Shown: positions 1 through 8,829 of the stretch, in pieces
Position numbering within the stretch: position 1 is the stretch's first letter
How the letters are laid out: each line of letters begins with the position of its first letter
Position numbers and translations under genes: made by a program
The notes under the pieces: model-generated
What the model was told of the DNA's origin: nothing
What the model saw: the letters and a program-made list of their open reading frames with translations, nothing else
Databases searched by the model: none
Assembly (NCBI GenBank): GCA_041489155.1
Contig: JBGPQP010000002.1
Location: forward strand, 37,262 to 101,261
Source of the DNA: Candidatus Aenigmatarchaeota archaeon
GTDB taxonomy: Archaea > Aenigmatarchaeota > Aenigmatarchaeia > QMZP01 > QMZT01
Direction of reading: 5' to 3'
DNA: 64,000 nucleotides

Positions 1-1
1 C

Positions 2-808
2 GAGCCGACACTTTACCCGCATATCAAGGAAGGGGTAAGGATAGCGAAGGATTGTGGCATGGTCGTGCATATGAACACAAACGGGTTTGTGCTGGTTAAA
101 AGCTTTGCAAAGGAGCTCAAAAGGGCAGGCCTCTCACAGATACAGACAAACATAGACAGCCTTGACCGGGAAAAACACGACTATATAAGGGGCAGAAAGG
201 GCTCCTTCGACAGGGCCGTCAGGGCCCTGAAGAACGGAAGGGAAGCTGGCCTGACCTGCACCTCCCAGACTGTTCTGACAAAAAAGAATGAAAATGAAAT
301 AATCGACATATTCAGGTTTGCGAGAAGCCTGAGCCTGCAGAGGTGCAGGGTATGGGACATGATGCCGGCAGAAGGCTGCGGGCTGAAAAACTCTGACATG
401 AGGCCGACAAACTACTTAAAAACCTTGTATGAGCTCACCCAATTCGCAGAGAGCACGGGAGGGAAACATATAGAATCAGGCGAGCCGTTTTTCCCGCTGA
501 ACCACAAAACAGGCATAAAGGTTTCGAATATTTCATGCGTGGCCATGCACGGCCTTTTGATCAACATTTCATACACCGGTGACGTTTATTACTGCGTCAC
601 GCAGAGAAAATCCATGCTTAATGTTTTCACGGAATCAGAAGGGGATCTGAAGGAGTCTTACAGGACGAAGCTGAAGGCCTTCCTGAATTCTATCAGGCTT
701 CCGGAAAAATGCCTAAATTGCCAGCTGGTCGAGAAGTGTCGCGGAGGATGCTATACCAGGTGCATGCATACGGAAAACAAAGCGGATTACTGGTGCCCCG
801 TGGCCTGA
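2..808 (+). CDS. radical SAM enzyme, C-terminal part with SPASM-type Cys cluster (5' end outside window)
   Basis: Frame is open from base 2 (EPTLYPHIKEGVRIAKDCG precedes the first Met at 59). The C-terminal cluster CLNCQLVEKCRGGCYTRC...WC matches SPASM/twitch auxiliary Fe-S domains. The CxxxCxxC core would lie upstream of the window. Confidence 0.6.
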   Translation, partial: EPTLYPHIKEGVRIAKDCGMVVHMNTNGFVLVKSFAKELKRAGLSQIQTNIDSLDREKHDYIRGRKGSFDRAVRALKNGREAGLTCTSQTVLTKKNENEIIDIFRFARSLSLQRCRVWDMMPAEGCGLKNSDMRPTNYLKTLYELTQFAESTGGKHIESGEPFFPLNHKTGIKVSNISCVAMHGLLINISYTGDVYYCVTQRKSMLNVFTESEGDLKESYRTKLKAFLNSIRLPEKCLNCQLVEKCRGGCYTRCMHTENKADYWCPVA

Positions 809-1813
809 TCATCTCCCGTATGTTACTCTGACGCACTTTCTCGATGCGGAAATTTTTCTGATTTTGAAATTCTTGTCTATCAGCCATAGATAGCCAAGGA
901 TTGAGTTTATCAGGAAATTCCAGTTGTCTTTCTCTTTCTGGATTCCGTACGGCGGATTCCTTATCTCGAAGAGTATGTTTTTCCTGACCATGATTTTTAC
1001 GGATCCCCATCCCATCGCCTGTAGAAGCCCTTTCAGCAGGTTAAGTTTTCCTTTCGGCGAGGAATTTCTCTCAACGGTTTTTTTGAAGAAATTGTATGAT
1101 ATTTCCGGCACCTTGTCCATCAGGATGCCCGTGTTTCCCAGAAGATGAAACAGGGTGTTTTCAACTGGATATAGGGGTCTGTCCCTGAAATAAATCCTGT
1201 TTTTCCTAAGCTTGAATAAATTATGCCTTAGGGCGCTTACGATGCTTGACCCTTCAAGCGAAGGGAGGGTGTTCAGCTGGTCATACACGTGTTTGGCTTT
1301 GTGTTCGATGCGGAAGGGTTTCGTTCCTCTGGTCCTGAAAACATACGTGTTTGAACTTCCGGACTGTAAGACGCTAATCACGTCTGCCTCCGAATTAAAC
1401 AGAATGTTGCAAATCCCCGTGAAAAGCCCTACGGAAAATTCGTTTTTCCCGACAACTTTTGTTATGGCCTCATTCCTGGTTTTAATCTCTATAAGGCCGT
1501 TTTTTTCTGATATGCTGAAGTCGTCCATCAGGCCGCCGTCGGCCCAGACATTCCTCATGACCCTGCCCAGGACAAAGAGGGGCAATTTTTTGATTGAGGC
1601 CGGGACGATTTCCATGAAGTAAAGCATCATCCATTTGCTGCCTGTCTCCTTCATCTCTTTGCCGTAGCCGGCATTCTCGCATGTCTTTATGTAGTCTGTG
1701 AATATGTCATTGAAAAACAGAGTATCTCTCCTTTTTCCTATTCTGAGTTTGTTCAGCAAGCCTCCGTGGGATGATTCCAGAATCTTCCTCCTCAAGAGCT
1801 CGGACATTCTCAT
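809..1813 (-). CDS. hypothetical protein (334 aa), last gene of the AbrB-like/KaiC-like unit; only a weak V4R-like resemblance
   Basis: Long clean ORF, co-oriented with and 45 nt downstream of the KaiC-like gene. No motif I can name with certainty. Confidence 0.5.
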   Translation of the reverse strand: MRMSELLRRKILESSHGGLLNKLRIGKRRDTLFFNDIFTDYIKTCENAGYGKEMKETGSKWMMLYFMEIVPASIKKLPLFVLGRVMRNVWADGGLMDDFSISEKNGLIEIKTRNEAITKVVGKNEFSVGLFTGICNILFNSEADVISVLQSGSSNTYVFRTRGTKPFRIEHKAKHVYDQLNTLPSLEGSSIVSALRHNLFKLRKNRIYFRDRPLYPVENTLFHLLGNTGILMDKVPEISYNFFKKTVERNSSPKGKLNLLKGLLQAMGWGSVKIMVRKNILFEIRNPPYGIQKEKDNWNFLINSILGYLWLIDKNFKIRKISASRKCVRVTYGR

Positions 1814-1858
1814 AGATATTTTTTGAATCCTGTATAAAAATTGATGCGAAGCCGGGGA

Positions 1859-2524
1859 TCAGATGATCTTCGTCTCTGCCAGTTTCAAATCTTTCTCATC
1901 TATGACAAATTCGTACGGTATCTTGGGTTCGAAATTCGCATAACGCATCTTGTGCACTGTCATCGTTCTCATCGGCTTTTCCTCCAGCTCGAGGAATGAA
2001 AGCGAAAGCACGCCGTCGCATTCGAACGACTCGCCGTTGCCCGTGTCCGTGTTCTCGCCCCTGGTCTCGCAGATAAGAAGCGTGCATCCCATGGATTTCA
2101 GGCTCCTGACGAGCTCGGAGAGATAGACCCTGTACGATCTGTCGTTCTCCGCGAATATGAGCAGCTTGTTGACGTTGTCTATCACGAGCCTGTCGATTTT
2201 CGGGTAAGAGGCGATTATGTCTATGAATTTCTTCATGGTTATGTTCTCGCCCAAGGGTATGTGCTCTATGGCAAAGTTCTTGCCCACGTATTTTTCGGCC
2301 TCGCTGAGTGCTTCTATACCCTTGCATGCGCGCAGGAGCTCTTCCTTGGTCTCATTCAAAGAGACGTAGCAGCACTTCTCCTTTTTCATAACGCCATCCA
2401 TCAGGAACTTGAGCGCGAAAAGTGTCTTGCCTGAACCAGGACCGCCTGAAACGAGTACGGTCGTCCTTGCGGGGAAACCGCCTCCCAGAAGCTTGTCGAG
2501 TTTTTTGATGCCTGTGGTTATCAT
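1859..2524 (-). CDS. KaiC/RecA-superfamily single-domain ATPase (KaiC-like, FlaH-sized)
   Basis: N-terminus GIKKLDKLLGGGFPARTTVLVSGGPGSGKTLFALKFL carries a Walker A in the typical KaiC/RadA context. Walker B-like LVIDNV. 221 aa. Confidence 0.8.
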   Translation of the reverse strand: MITTGIKKLDKLLGGGFPARTTVLVSGGPGSGKTLFALKFLMDGVMKKEKCCYVSLNETKEELLRACKGIEALSEAEKYVGKNFAIEHIPLGENITMKKFIDIIASYPKIDRLVIDNVNKLLIFAENDRSYRVYLSELVRSLKSMGCTLLICETRGENTDTGNGESFECDGVLSLSFLELEEKPMRTMTVHKMRYANFEPKIPYEFVIDEKDLKLAETKII

Positions 2525-2525
2525 A

Positions 2526-2867
2526 TCATCTCACCTCATCCTCATCCTTGAATACGGGTATGCCGAACGTGGATTTTTTGAGCCTTATGATAAGGAAAAC
2601 GTCATCGTGCAGTTTGAACGCCTTGGCCGGGACCTTTTTGTCCATGTTTTTTATTTCGAACTTTTCCAGTATCTTCTTGGGCATCATTATCCTGTTGCTG
2701 TTGCCAAGCTTCCCTGTCGTCAGGGAATTGACCATGAAGTTTGGCGCTGTCGGGATAAGAACGAGGTTTGTGGTCTGGTTGGTTATAAGGTCGTACTCGG
2801 CCTTCGAAACCTTCAGGTTTACTATTATTTCGTCTTTCTGGATGTCGACTGACTGCACATCGGCCAT
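2526..2867 (-). CDS. small protein with possible AbrB/SpoVT-type DNA-binding domain
   Basis: Its stop lies 1 nt upstream of the KaiC-like start (2524/2526). The C-terminal half NRIMMPKKILEKFEI...DDVFLIIRL resembles the swapped-hairpin AbrB/MazE motif. Confidence 0.45.
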   Translation of the reverse strand: MADVQSVDIQKDEIIVNLKVSKAEYDLITNQTTNLVLIPTAPNFMVNSLTTGKLGNSNRIMMPKKILEKFEIKNMDKKVPAKAFKLHDDVFLIIRLKKSTFGIPVFKDEDEVR

Positions 2868-2961
2868 AAGTTATATATTTTGTTCAAATATTTAAACTTT
2901 TGGACCGGTTTCTTATCGCAAACCGAGGAAAATTTATTAGCGCCCGATTCAATACTTCTAC

Positions 2962-3819
2962 ATGGCTTCTGGAAAGGGGAAAAAGACGGGCAAGAAGGAA
3001 GACAAAAAGACAGAGGAAATGGCAGAAAAAACAGAGGAAAGGGGGTTAAACAAAGAAAAGGCGAGGCCGGTGGAAAAGGAGGATTCCCGTTTCATAAAAA
3101 CGGGGATCTCCGGTTTTGACAAGCTGCTTGAAAAAGGGATACCAAAGGGGTCAGCGGTTCTGATAGCAGGCGGCGCAGGATCGGGCAAGACGATAATGTG
3201 CCTGCAGATCCTAGCTAATGCCGCGAAAAGCGGAAAGAAGTGCATGTACATGTCCTTCGAGGAATCCGAATCCCGCCTCCGCAAGCACATGGACGACTTC
3301 GGATGGAACCCCGCCAAACTCGAAAAAAACGGTAATCTTATGATAAAGAGGATGAATTCTTATGAGATCGCAAGGTCGGTGGAGGCGATGCTGACGAAGG
3401 AGCGCGGCGAGCTGATGATAGACATAGAGCCCGTCCTCTTGCCCGAAGGTTTCAGGCCGGACATTATAGTCGTCGATTCCCTAAGTTCGATAGCTTCCTA
3501 CTTCACCGGGAGAACCGAGCATTACAGGGGCTACATAGAGCAGATTTTCAGGCACTTCGAAAAGATGGGCATTACATCCTTCATGATAACCGAGACGAAG
3601 CAGATTCCCGAGACGTTCAGTCCGACGGGCGTCGAGGAGTTCCTGGCGGACGGCGTAGTCGTCCTGTACAACATACGCAAGGGCGACGTGCGCGAGAACG
3701 CCATCGAAATCCTCAAGCTCCGCGGGGCGAAACATCTGAAAAAGATAGTGGCCATGCAGATTGTCGACGGCGAAGGCATCGCAATCTATCCGGAGCAGGA
3801 AGTCTTCGGCGGCCTGTGA
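2962..3819 (+). CDS. KaiC-like ATPase with K/E-rich N-terminal extension
   Basis: GISGFDKLLEKGIPKGSAVLIAGGAGSGKTIMCLQIL (Walker A) and IIVVDSL (Walker B). About 45 aa of low-complexity K/E-rich leader. Divergent from the other KaiC-like gene. Confidence 0.8.
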   Translation: MASGKGKKTGKKEDKKTEEMAEKTEERGLNKEKARPVEKEDSRFIKTGISGFDKLLEKGIPKGSAVLIAGGAGSGKTIMCLQILANAAKSGKKCMYMSFEESESRLRKHMDDFGWNPAKLEKNGNLMIKRMNSYEIARSVEAMLTKERGELMIDIEPVLLPEGFRPDIIVVDSLSSIASYFTGRTEHYRGYIEQIFRHFEKMGITSFMITETKQIPETFSPTGVEEFLADGVVVLYNIRKGDVRENAIEILKLRGAKHLKKIVAMQIVDGEGIAIYPEQEVFGGL

Positions 3820-3853
3820 TTGCGGCGATTGCAGTCTTCTTATAATTCATGCC

Positions 3854-4063
3854 CTATGTCCAGAGCTCGTCCATTTCTTCCTGAGGCTCGAAGACCACGC
3901 CGAATTTCGAGAAAACGGTCGAACATTTGGGACAAATGAAAGCCTCAGGCTGCTTGTTCCACAGCTTCCCGTAAGTGCCGCAGGTGGGACAATTGTAATC
4001 GAACAGAAACATGCTTGTACCTTTCCCTCCCATCAACCGAACAAAAAGATTGCAAAAAAGCAA
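3854..4063 (-). CDS. small zinc-ribbon protein
   Basis: CPTCG-x16-CPKC four-Cys ribbon. The real start is probably an internal Met (4012 or 4033), because 4063 abuts the L32e stop. Confidence 0.45.
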   Translation of the reverse strand: MLFCNLFVRLMGGKGTSMFLFDYNCPTCGTYGKLWNKQPEAFICPKCSTVFSKFGVVFEPQEEMDELWT

Positions 4064-4459
4064 TCACTTTAATTTATTTTTGTTGCCAACTTTTATATTG
4101 TTTTTCTGTGCGTAATCAAGAATTGCGAGCCTTTTCTTCCTTCCGACAGTCGAGGCGATGATTGCGATTTCGTCTTTTTTGTTTATTTTTTCAATTTCCA
4201 TGACATTCCTCACAACGATTTCCATGTAGCCTTCCCTGTTGAGGCCGCGGACTCCGACGGGAGAGCCGTAACCCGGTCTTGGAAGCGCGCCTCTCGCTTT
4301 CCTGTGCTCGCGGAGTTTCGAGTGGATGCCCCTGGGCTTTCTCCACTTGTCGCCGACGCGCTTCATCCTGAACCATTCCTGGCGCCTGAAAGAGGGTTTC
4401 TTCTTCTTTATCCTTTTTCTGATTTCAAGCAGCTCTTCTTTGCTTTTATTGTTTTTCAT
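4064..4459 (-). CDS. rpl32e: 50S ribosomal protein L32e (eL32)
   Basis: RRQEWFRMKRVGDKWRKPRGIHSKLREHRKARGALPRPGYGSPVGVRG is the eL32 signature region. Confidence 0.9.
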   Translation of the reverse strand: MKNNKSKEELLEIRKRIKKKKPSFRRQEWFRMKRVGDKWRKPRGIHSKLREHRKARGALPRPGYGSPVGVRGLNREGYMEIVVRNVMEIEKINKKDEIAIIASTVGRKKRLAILDYAQKNNIKVGNKNKLK

Positions 4460-4994
4460 CCTCTCCCTCCACGTAAGGCGACCTGGTTATGTAAATGCCG
4501 TCCTGAAAAACACGCTTGTCGTAGCCCCTGATCTTGGTGGTCTGCTCTATTCTGCCGCAGACCTGCCCGACCCTTTCCTTATCCATGCCTGAAACATAAA
4601 CCGCGTTCTTGTCTATTTCGACTTTCATGTCCGCCGGGACCGGAACGGTTCTAGGGCTCTTCTCACCAAGGAAGTTGTCTATGTAAAGCTTGCCGCCCTC
4701 GATTTTCAGCTTCACCGGGAAATGGGTGTAAACCAGCTTGAGTTCGCCCTTCCATCCCTTGGTGACGCCGATGAACATGTTCCTTATCAGAACCTGCCAA
4801 GTTCCTATTATGGCCTTTACCTTTTTCCTGTCAATGCCGGAAACGAGGGTGATTTTCCTTCCCTCCAGCTTCAGGCTGACCTGCGGGTTCTGGAGCATCT
4901 TGCTGACGCTGCCTTTACTGCCCTTAACGTTAAGGGTGTTATTTTCCAGCGTCGCCTCGATTCCTTCCGGAATTTCTATTTCAGTTTTCAGCAT
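4446..4994 (-). CDS. rpl6: 50S ribosomal protein L6 (uL6)
   Basis: IEIPEGIEATLENNTLNVKGSKGSVSK... and a two-domain uL6 layout, 182 aa. Overlaps the rpl32e start. Confidence 0.9.
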   Translation of the reverse strand: MLKTEIEIPEGIEATLENNTLNVKGSKGSVSKMLQNPQVSLKLEGRKITLVSGIDRKKVKAIIGTWQVLIRNMFIGVTKGWKGELKLVYTHFPVKLKIEGGKLYIDNFLGEKSPRTVPVPADMKVEIDKNAVYVSGMDKERVGQVCGRIEQTTKIRGYDKRVFQDGIYITRSPYVEGEDEKQ

Positions 4995-5029
4995 ACCATG
5001 ACCTCTTGAAATATGAATATCTTTAGAAG

Positions 5030-5042
5030 GTAATATATTTAA
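5030..5042 (-). promoter_or_regulatory. candidate TATA box for the rpl6-rpl32e unit
   Basis: The minus strand reads TTAAATATATTA about 36-48 nt upstream of the rpl6 ATG (4994), immediately after the rpoA'' stop. Confidence 0.3.
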
Positions 5043-5045
5043 GCC

Positions 5046-6302
5046 TTATTTCTTTTTCCTGGAGGCTTTCTTCTCCTTGGTTTTCTTGGCTGCGGGAGGC
5101 CTTTCTCTTTTCTTCTCTTCCTTTGCCTTCTTTGCTGTTTCTTCCTTGGCCGCCTCTTTTTCTTGTTCGGGTTCCGCCTCTTCCTTCTTTATCTCAGGCA
5201 TGCGGCCGATCAGCGTGAAGGCGCCCGTTCCCATGGGTATCACCTGGTTCATTATTATGTTTTCCACGTGGCCCTTCAGAGGGTCCTTCAAGCCTTCTAT
5301 TGCGGCGGCTATAATATGTTTCTTGGTTTCCTCAAAGGCCATCCTGGCGAGGACCGAGTCCTTGTTGCCGGCTATGCCATAACGCCCTATGCCCATTATC
5401 CTTCCGTTCGACGTCATAAGGTCGGCAAGTATCGAGACATAGCGGATGTCGACGCCGAGGCCCTGCTCGCTTATGGTCTCGACCGCTTCCTTTATGATCG
5501 CGTTCCTCGCGGCCTCGACGCCAAGCACGTCGTATACCTCAAAGGGGTTGTTGCATGTCGTTCTCGTAGCATCGACGCCTTCGATTGAAAGCACCTTGCG
5601 CAGGTTCGAACCGAGCGTTGAAATCACCCATTCGCCGCTGTCCTCCTTGCTCACGATCACGTGGGAGATGTTCTTGACCCCCTTTATGTGGGTTTCCAGG
5701 AGCTTGTACTTGAGCTTGTGGAGGTTGATGCTCTCGGCCTTTTTGGAAGTGACTATGAGTTCCCTGCCCTTTGAATCGACATCGACGTTCTTCAGCTTTA
5801 CGTGCTTCGTCAGCTCCTTCGGGTCAAGGTCGAATTTCTTCAGCTTTTCTATGTCCAGATGGCACGAAACGGTCAGGTTTATCAGGTCTATGACATCGCT
5901 GAGCACGAAGTCCTTGAGCTTGACTTCCTTTATCTTCTTGGCGATTTCTATCGCCTTGTCTTCCGTGTTGTGCTCATGCATGAGGTATATGGTCATGCTC
6001 GGCGTCTCGGGCTCCTTCTTGGCGTCGAATATCTCGGCGAGCCTCGGAAGGCCCAGCGTGACCTGGATGCCCGCAGTACCTGCGAAATGGTACGTACGCA
6101 TGGTCATCTGCGTCGCAGGCTCTGAAAGCGACTGCGCTGTGACGACGCCGATCGCTTCTTCAGGGTCGTACATTGACATCTTGTAGAAGTGCCTGACCTT
6201 TTCCAGTATCTCCTTTCTTTTATCCTCGTCCAGCCCCTTCCTCTTGCAGTAATCCTCGACTTCATCTCTTATCTTTAAAGGCAGTCTGTCCATGTTAACC
6301 AT
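5046..6302 (-). CDS. rpoA2: DNA-directed RNA polymerase subunit A'' (Rpo1C) with K/E-rich C-terminal tail
   Basis: AIGVVTAQSLSEPATQMTMRTYHFAG... and GIAGNKDSVLARMAFEET are conserved Rpo1C blocks. Follows rpoA' with an 8-nt overlap. Confidence 0.95.
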   Translation of the reverse strand: MVNMDRLPLKIRDEVEDYCKRKGLDEDKRKEILEKVRHFYKMSMYDPEEAIGVVTAQSLSEPATQMTMRTYHFAGTAGIQVTLGLPRLAEIFDAKKEPETPSMTIYLMHEHNTEDKAIEIAKKIKEVKLKDFVLSDVIDLINLTVSCHLDIEKLKKFDLDPKELTKHVKLKNVDVDSKGRELIVTSKKAESINLHKLKYKLLETHIKGVKNISHVIVSKEDSGEWVISTLGSNLRKVLSIEGVDATRTTCNNPFEVYDVLGVEAARNAIIKEAVETISEQGLGVDIRYVSILADLMTSNGRIMGIGRYGIAGNKDSVLARMAFEETKKHIIAAAIEGLKDPLKGHVENIIMNQVIPMGTGAFTLIGRMPEIKKEEAEPEQEKEAAKEETAKKAKEEKKRERPPAAKKTKEKKASRKKK

Positions 6303-8829
6303 GCTCCACGTAATCCACCCAGTTTAGCTTGCCCCAGTCGGATTTGGTCGGGTCAATGCCGTCGTCTCCGGCATAGAACTGGATAACGTTGCCATTCGAA
6401 TCTCGTACGCTCATGTCGTCCCAGACCTTCAGATCCTGCAGGGAGTTCATGAGGCGGCGCTGCATGTAGCCCGATTTCCTCGTGCGCAGCGACTTGTCCA
6501 TGAGGCCCTCGCGGCCGTTCATCACGTTCCAGAAAAATTCGAAGGGCGTCAGCCCCTGTTTGAAGCCGCGCGCTACGAAGCCCCTTGTCTCGGCAGAAAG
6601 GTCGCCGACTCTGAAATGCGTCGTGGTCCTTCCCATGTAGCCTCTCTGTATCCTCTTTCCGAGAATGGTTTCCGAACCTACGCAGGCAGACATCTGGGTC
6701 GTGTTTATGTTCGAACCCTTCGCGCCTGAGCCGGACATCACGAGGATGTCGCTCGGCTTGATATTCTTTATCATGATATCGCTTACCTTGTTCAGGCCTT
6801 CGGCAAGGGTGGAAAGTATCTGGGTTTCAAGCGATTCCTCCGGCGTCATGCCGGGGAGGATTTTGAGCTTCCCCTCGCCGAACTTGTCGACCAGCTTGTC
6901 CGAATCTTTCATGGCCTTCTTTATCTCGTCCTCAATCACATGCTCGACCCTTGCCGGCACGTCGAGATCAGAAATGCCGATGGAAAACCCTCTCATCATG
7001 AGGTATGACGCACCGACCCTTCCGAGGCGGTCTATGAAGTTCTTTAGCTCGTCGTCGCTGACGAGGCGCCTTACCTTGTTGAGCATTTTCCCCTTGAAAG
7101 CGCCGACCGCCCTCGTGTCTATCACTCCACTTTTCAGCTCGCCGTTCTTTATGCAGACCCAGCAGTCGTGCTTGCATTCCTCCTTGGAGCACCTGTCGCA
7201 CTCCTTGCAGGCATTCGCCTTGAAATTCATGTTGAGCTTCTTGGGCAACAGAAGGCTTACTATTTCCTTGCCGGTGAACTCCTTCTTGTCGGGAAGCTCA
7301 AGGTCTATCGCCGCGCGCGATAAAAGCTCTGCCGCCGCCTTCCTCGAAAGGACAGTCTCACTCTTGGTAAGGAGGTACATGCCCGATACTTGATCGAGGT
7401 CCAGGCCCACCAGCGGGCCGCCGAACCTCGGGGAAATTATGTTATTCTTGACCTCCATGAGCATGGATGCTTCGACCTGCGCTTCCTCGGACTGGAGGGC
7501 ATGGATGTTCATCTCGTCGCCGTCGAAGTCTGCGTTGTAAGGCGCGCAAACGCTCGGGTTCATCCTGAACGTGCGGTAAGGCATTACCTTTACCCTGTGA
7601 ACCATTATGGAAACCCTGTGAAGCGAAGGCTGCCTGTTGAACAGGACGACGTCGCCGTCCTTAAGCTGCCTGTCAACGCTCCAGCCCGCTGCAAGGTTTG
7701 TAGTTATGTCCTTCCTGTTCTCTTCCGTGACCTTTATCTTCCTGCCGTCAGGCCTCGTTATGTAGTTCACCTTGCCGTCCTTTATCATGTCCTTTATGTT
7801 CTTGATGTTGAGCTGTGTGATGGTCTCCGGGATTGTCAGCTCTTTCGCGACCTCCTCAGCGGGAATGCCGACCTCGTTTATGGAAAGCGTCGGGTCGGGC
7901 GAGATGACCGTGCGTGACGAATAGTTAACCCTCTTGCCGAGCAGGTTCCCTCGTATGCGCCCTTCCTTTGCCTTCAATCTCTGGATTATGCCCTTTAACG
8001 GGCGTCCGGATCTGTGCCTCGCCTGGGGGATGCCGGTCAGCTCGTTGTCGAAATAAGTCGCGACATGATATTGCAGCAGCTCCCACAGATCGTTGAGTAT
8101 GAATTCGGGCGCGCCGATGTCTATGTTCTCCTTGAGCGACTGGTTTATCCTGACTATGTCGACTAGCTTGTGGGTGAGGTCGTCCTCCGAGCGCTCGCCC
8201 GTCTCCAGCGTAATCGACGGCCTCATGGTGACCGGCGGTATGGGGAAAAGCGTCAGTGCCAGCCATTCGGGCCGTCCGCCGCGGAAGCCGATCTTCTGAA
8301 GATCCTCGTCAGGCACGCGCTCGCACCATTCCCTTATCTGCATCGGGTTCAGCTCTTCCTTGCCGTAATAATAAGTATAAGGCTTGACGAATGTGACCTT
8401 GCTTCCCTGCTTTTCGCAGTGAGGGCATTTCCTTAGCGGCGCCTTGGAAACCTGATCCAGCGAGCGGGGCGCCTTGTGCAGGAGCCTGCCACATTTGGAG
8501 CACGTCGCTTTCAGCAGCTGGTATACCTGCTTGGTGTAGAGAACATGAACAACCGGCCTTGCCAGCTCGACGTAGCCGAAATGGCCCGGGCAGTCTCCTA
8601 TCGCGCCGCCGCATGTCCTGCAACGAAGGCCTGGATCAACGACTCCCATTCTCGGATCCATCGCCCCTCCGTCGACCGGGTAGCCGTCGGCGTCGTAAAG
8701 GTCGGACGTGACAATCCTTACCGTCGCCAGGGATTTCATTATGACCGGCGAAAGCAAGCCGAAATCAATTGAACTTATCTTCGATGAACTTATCTTCGAG
8801 AGATCCATACATCCACCATCAGATTTCAA
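6295..8829 (-). CDS. rpoA1: DNA-directed RNA polymerase subunit A' (Rpo1N)
   Basis: Zinc motifs CRTCGGAIGDCPGHFG and CSKCGRL, and the catalytic NADFDGDEMN motif. 844 aa; the start may be the internal Met at 8808. Confidence 0.95.
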   Translation of the reverse strand: MKSDGGCMDLSKISSSKISSIDFGLLSPVIMKSLATVRIVTSDLYDADGYPVDGGAMDPRMGVVDPGLRCRTCGGAIGDCPGHFGYVELARPVVHVLYTKQVYQLLKATCSKCGRLLHKAPRSLDQVSKAPLRKCPHCEKQGSKVTFVKPYTYYYGKEELNPMQIREWCERVPDEDLQKIGFRGGRPEWLALTLFPIPPVTMRPSITLETGERSEDDLTHKLVDIVRINQSLKENIDIGAPEFILNDLWELLQYHVATYFDNELTGIPQARHRSGRPLKGIIQRLKAKEGRIRGNLLGKRVNYSSRTVISPDPTLSINEVGIPAEEVAKELTIPETITQLNIKNIKDMIKDGKVNYITRPDGRKIKVTEENRKDITTNLAAGWSVDRQLKDGDVVLFNRQPSLHRVSIMVHRVKVMPYRTFRMNPSVCAPYNADFDGDEMNIHALQSEEAQVEASMLMEVKNNIISPRFGGPLVGLDLDQVSGMYLLTKSETVLSRKAAAELLSRAAIDLELPDKKEFTGKEIVSLLLPKKLNMNFKANACKECDRCSKEECKHDCWVCIKNGELKSGVIDTRAVGAFKGKMLNKVRRLVSDDELKNFIDRLGRVGASYLMMRGFSIGISDLDVPARVEHVIEDEIKKAMKDSDKLVDKFGEGKLKILPGMTPEESLETQILSTLAEGLNKVSDIMIKNIKPSDILVMSGSGAKGSNINTTQMSACVGSETILGKRIQRGYMGRTTTHFRVGDLSAETRGFVARGFKQGLTPFEFFWNVMNGREGLMDKSLRTRKSGYMQRRLMNSLQDLKVWDDMSVRDSNGNVIQFYAGDDGIDPTKSDWGKLNWVDYVEHG

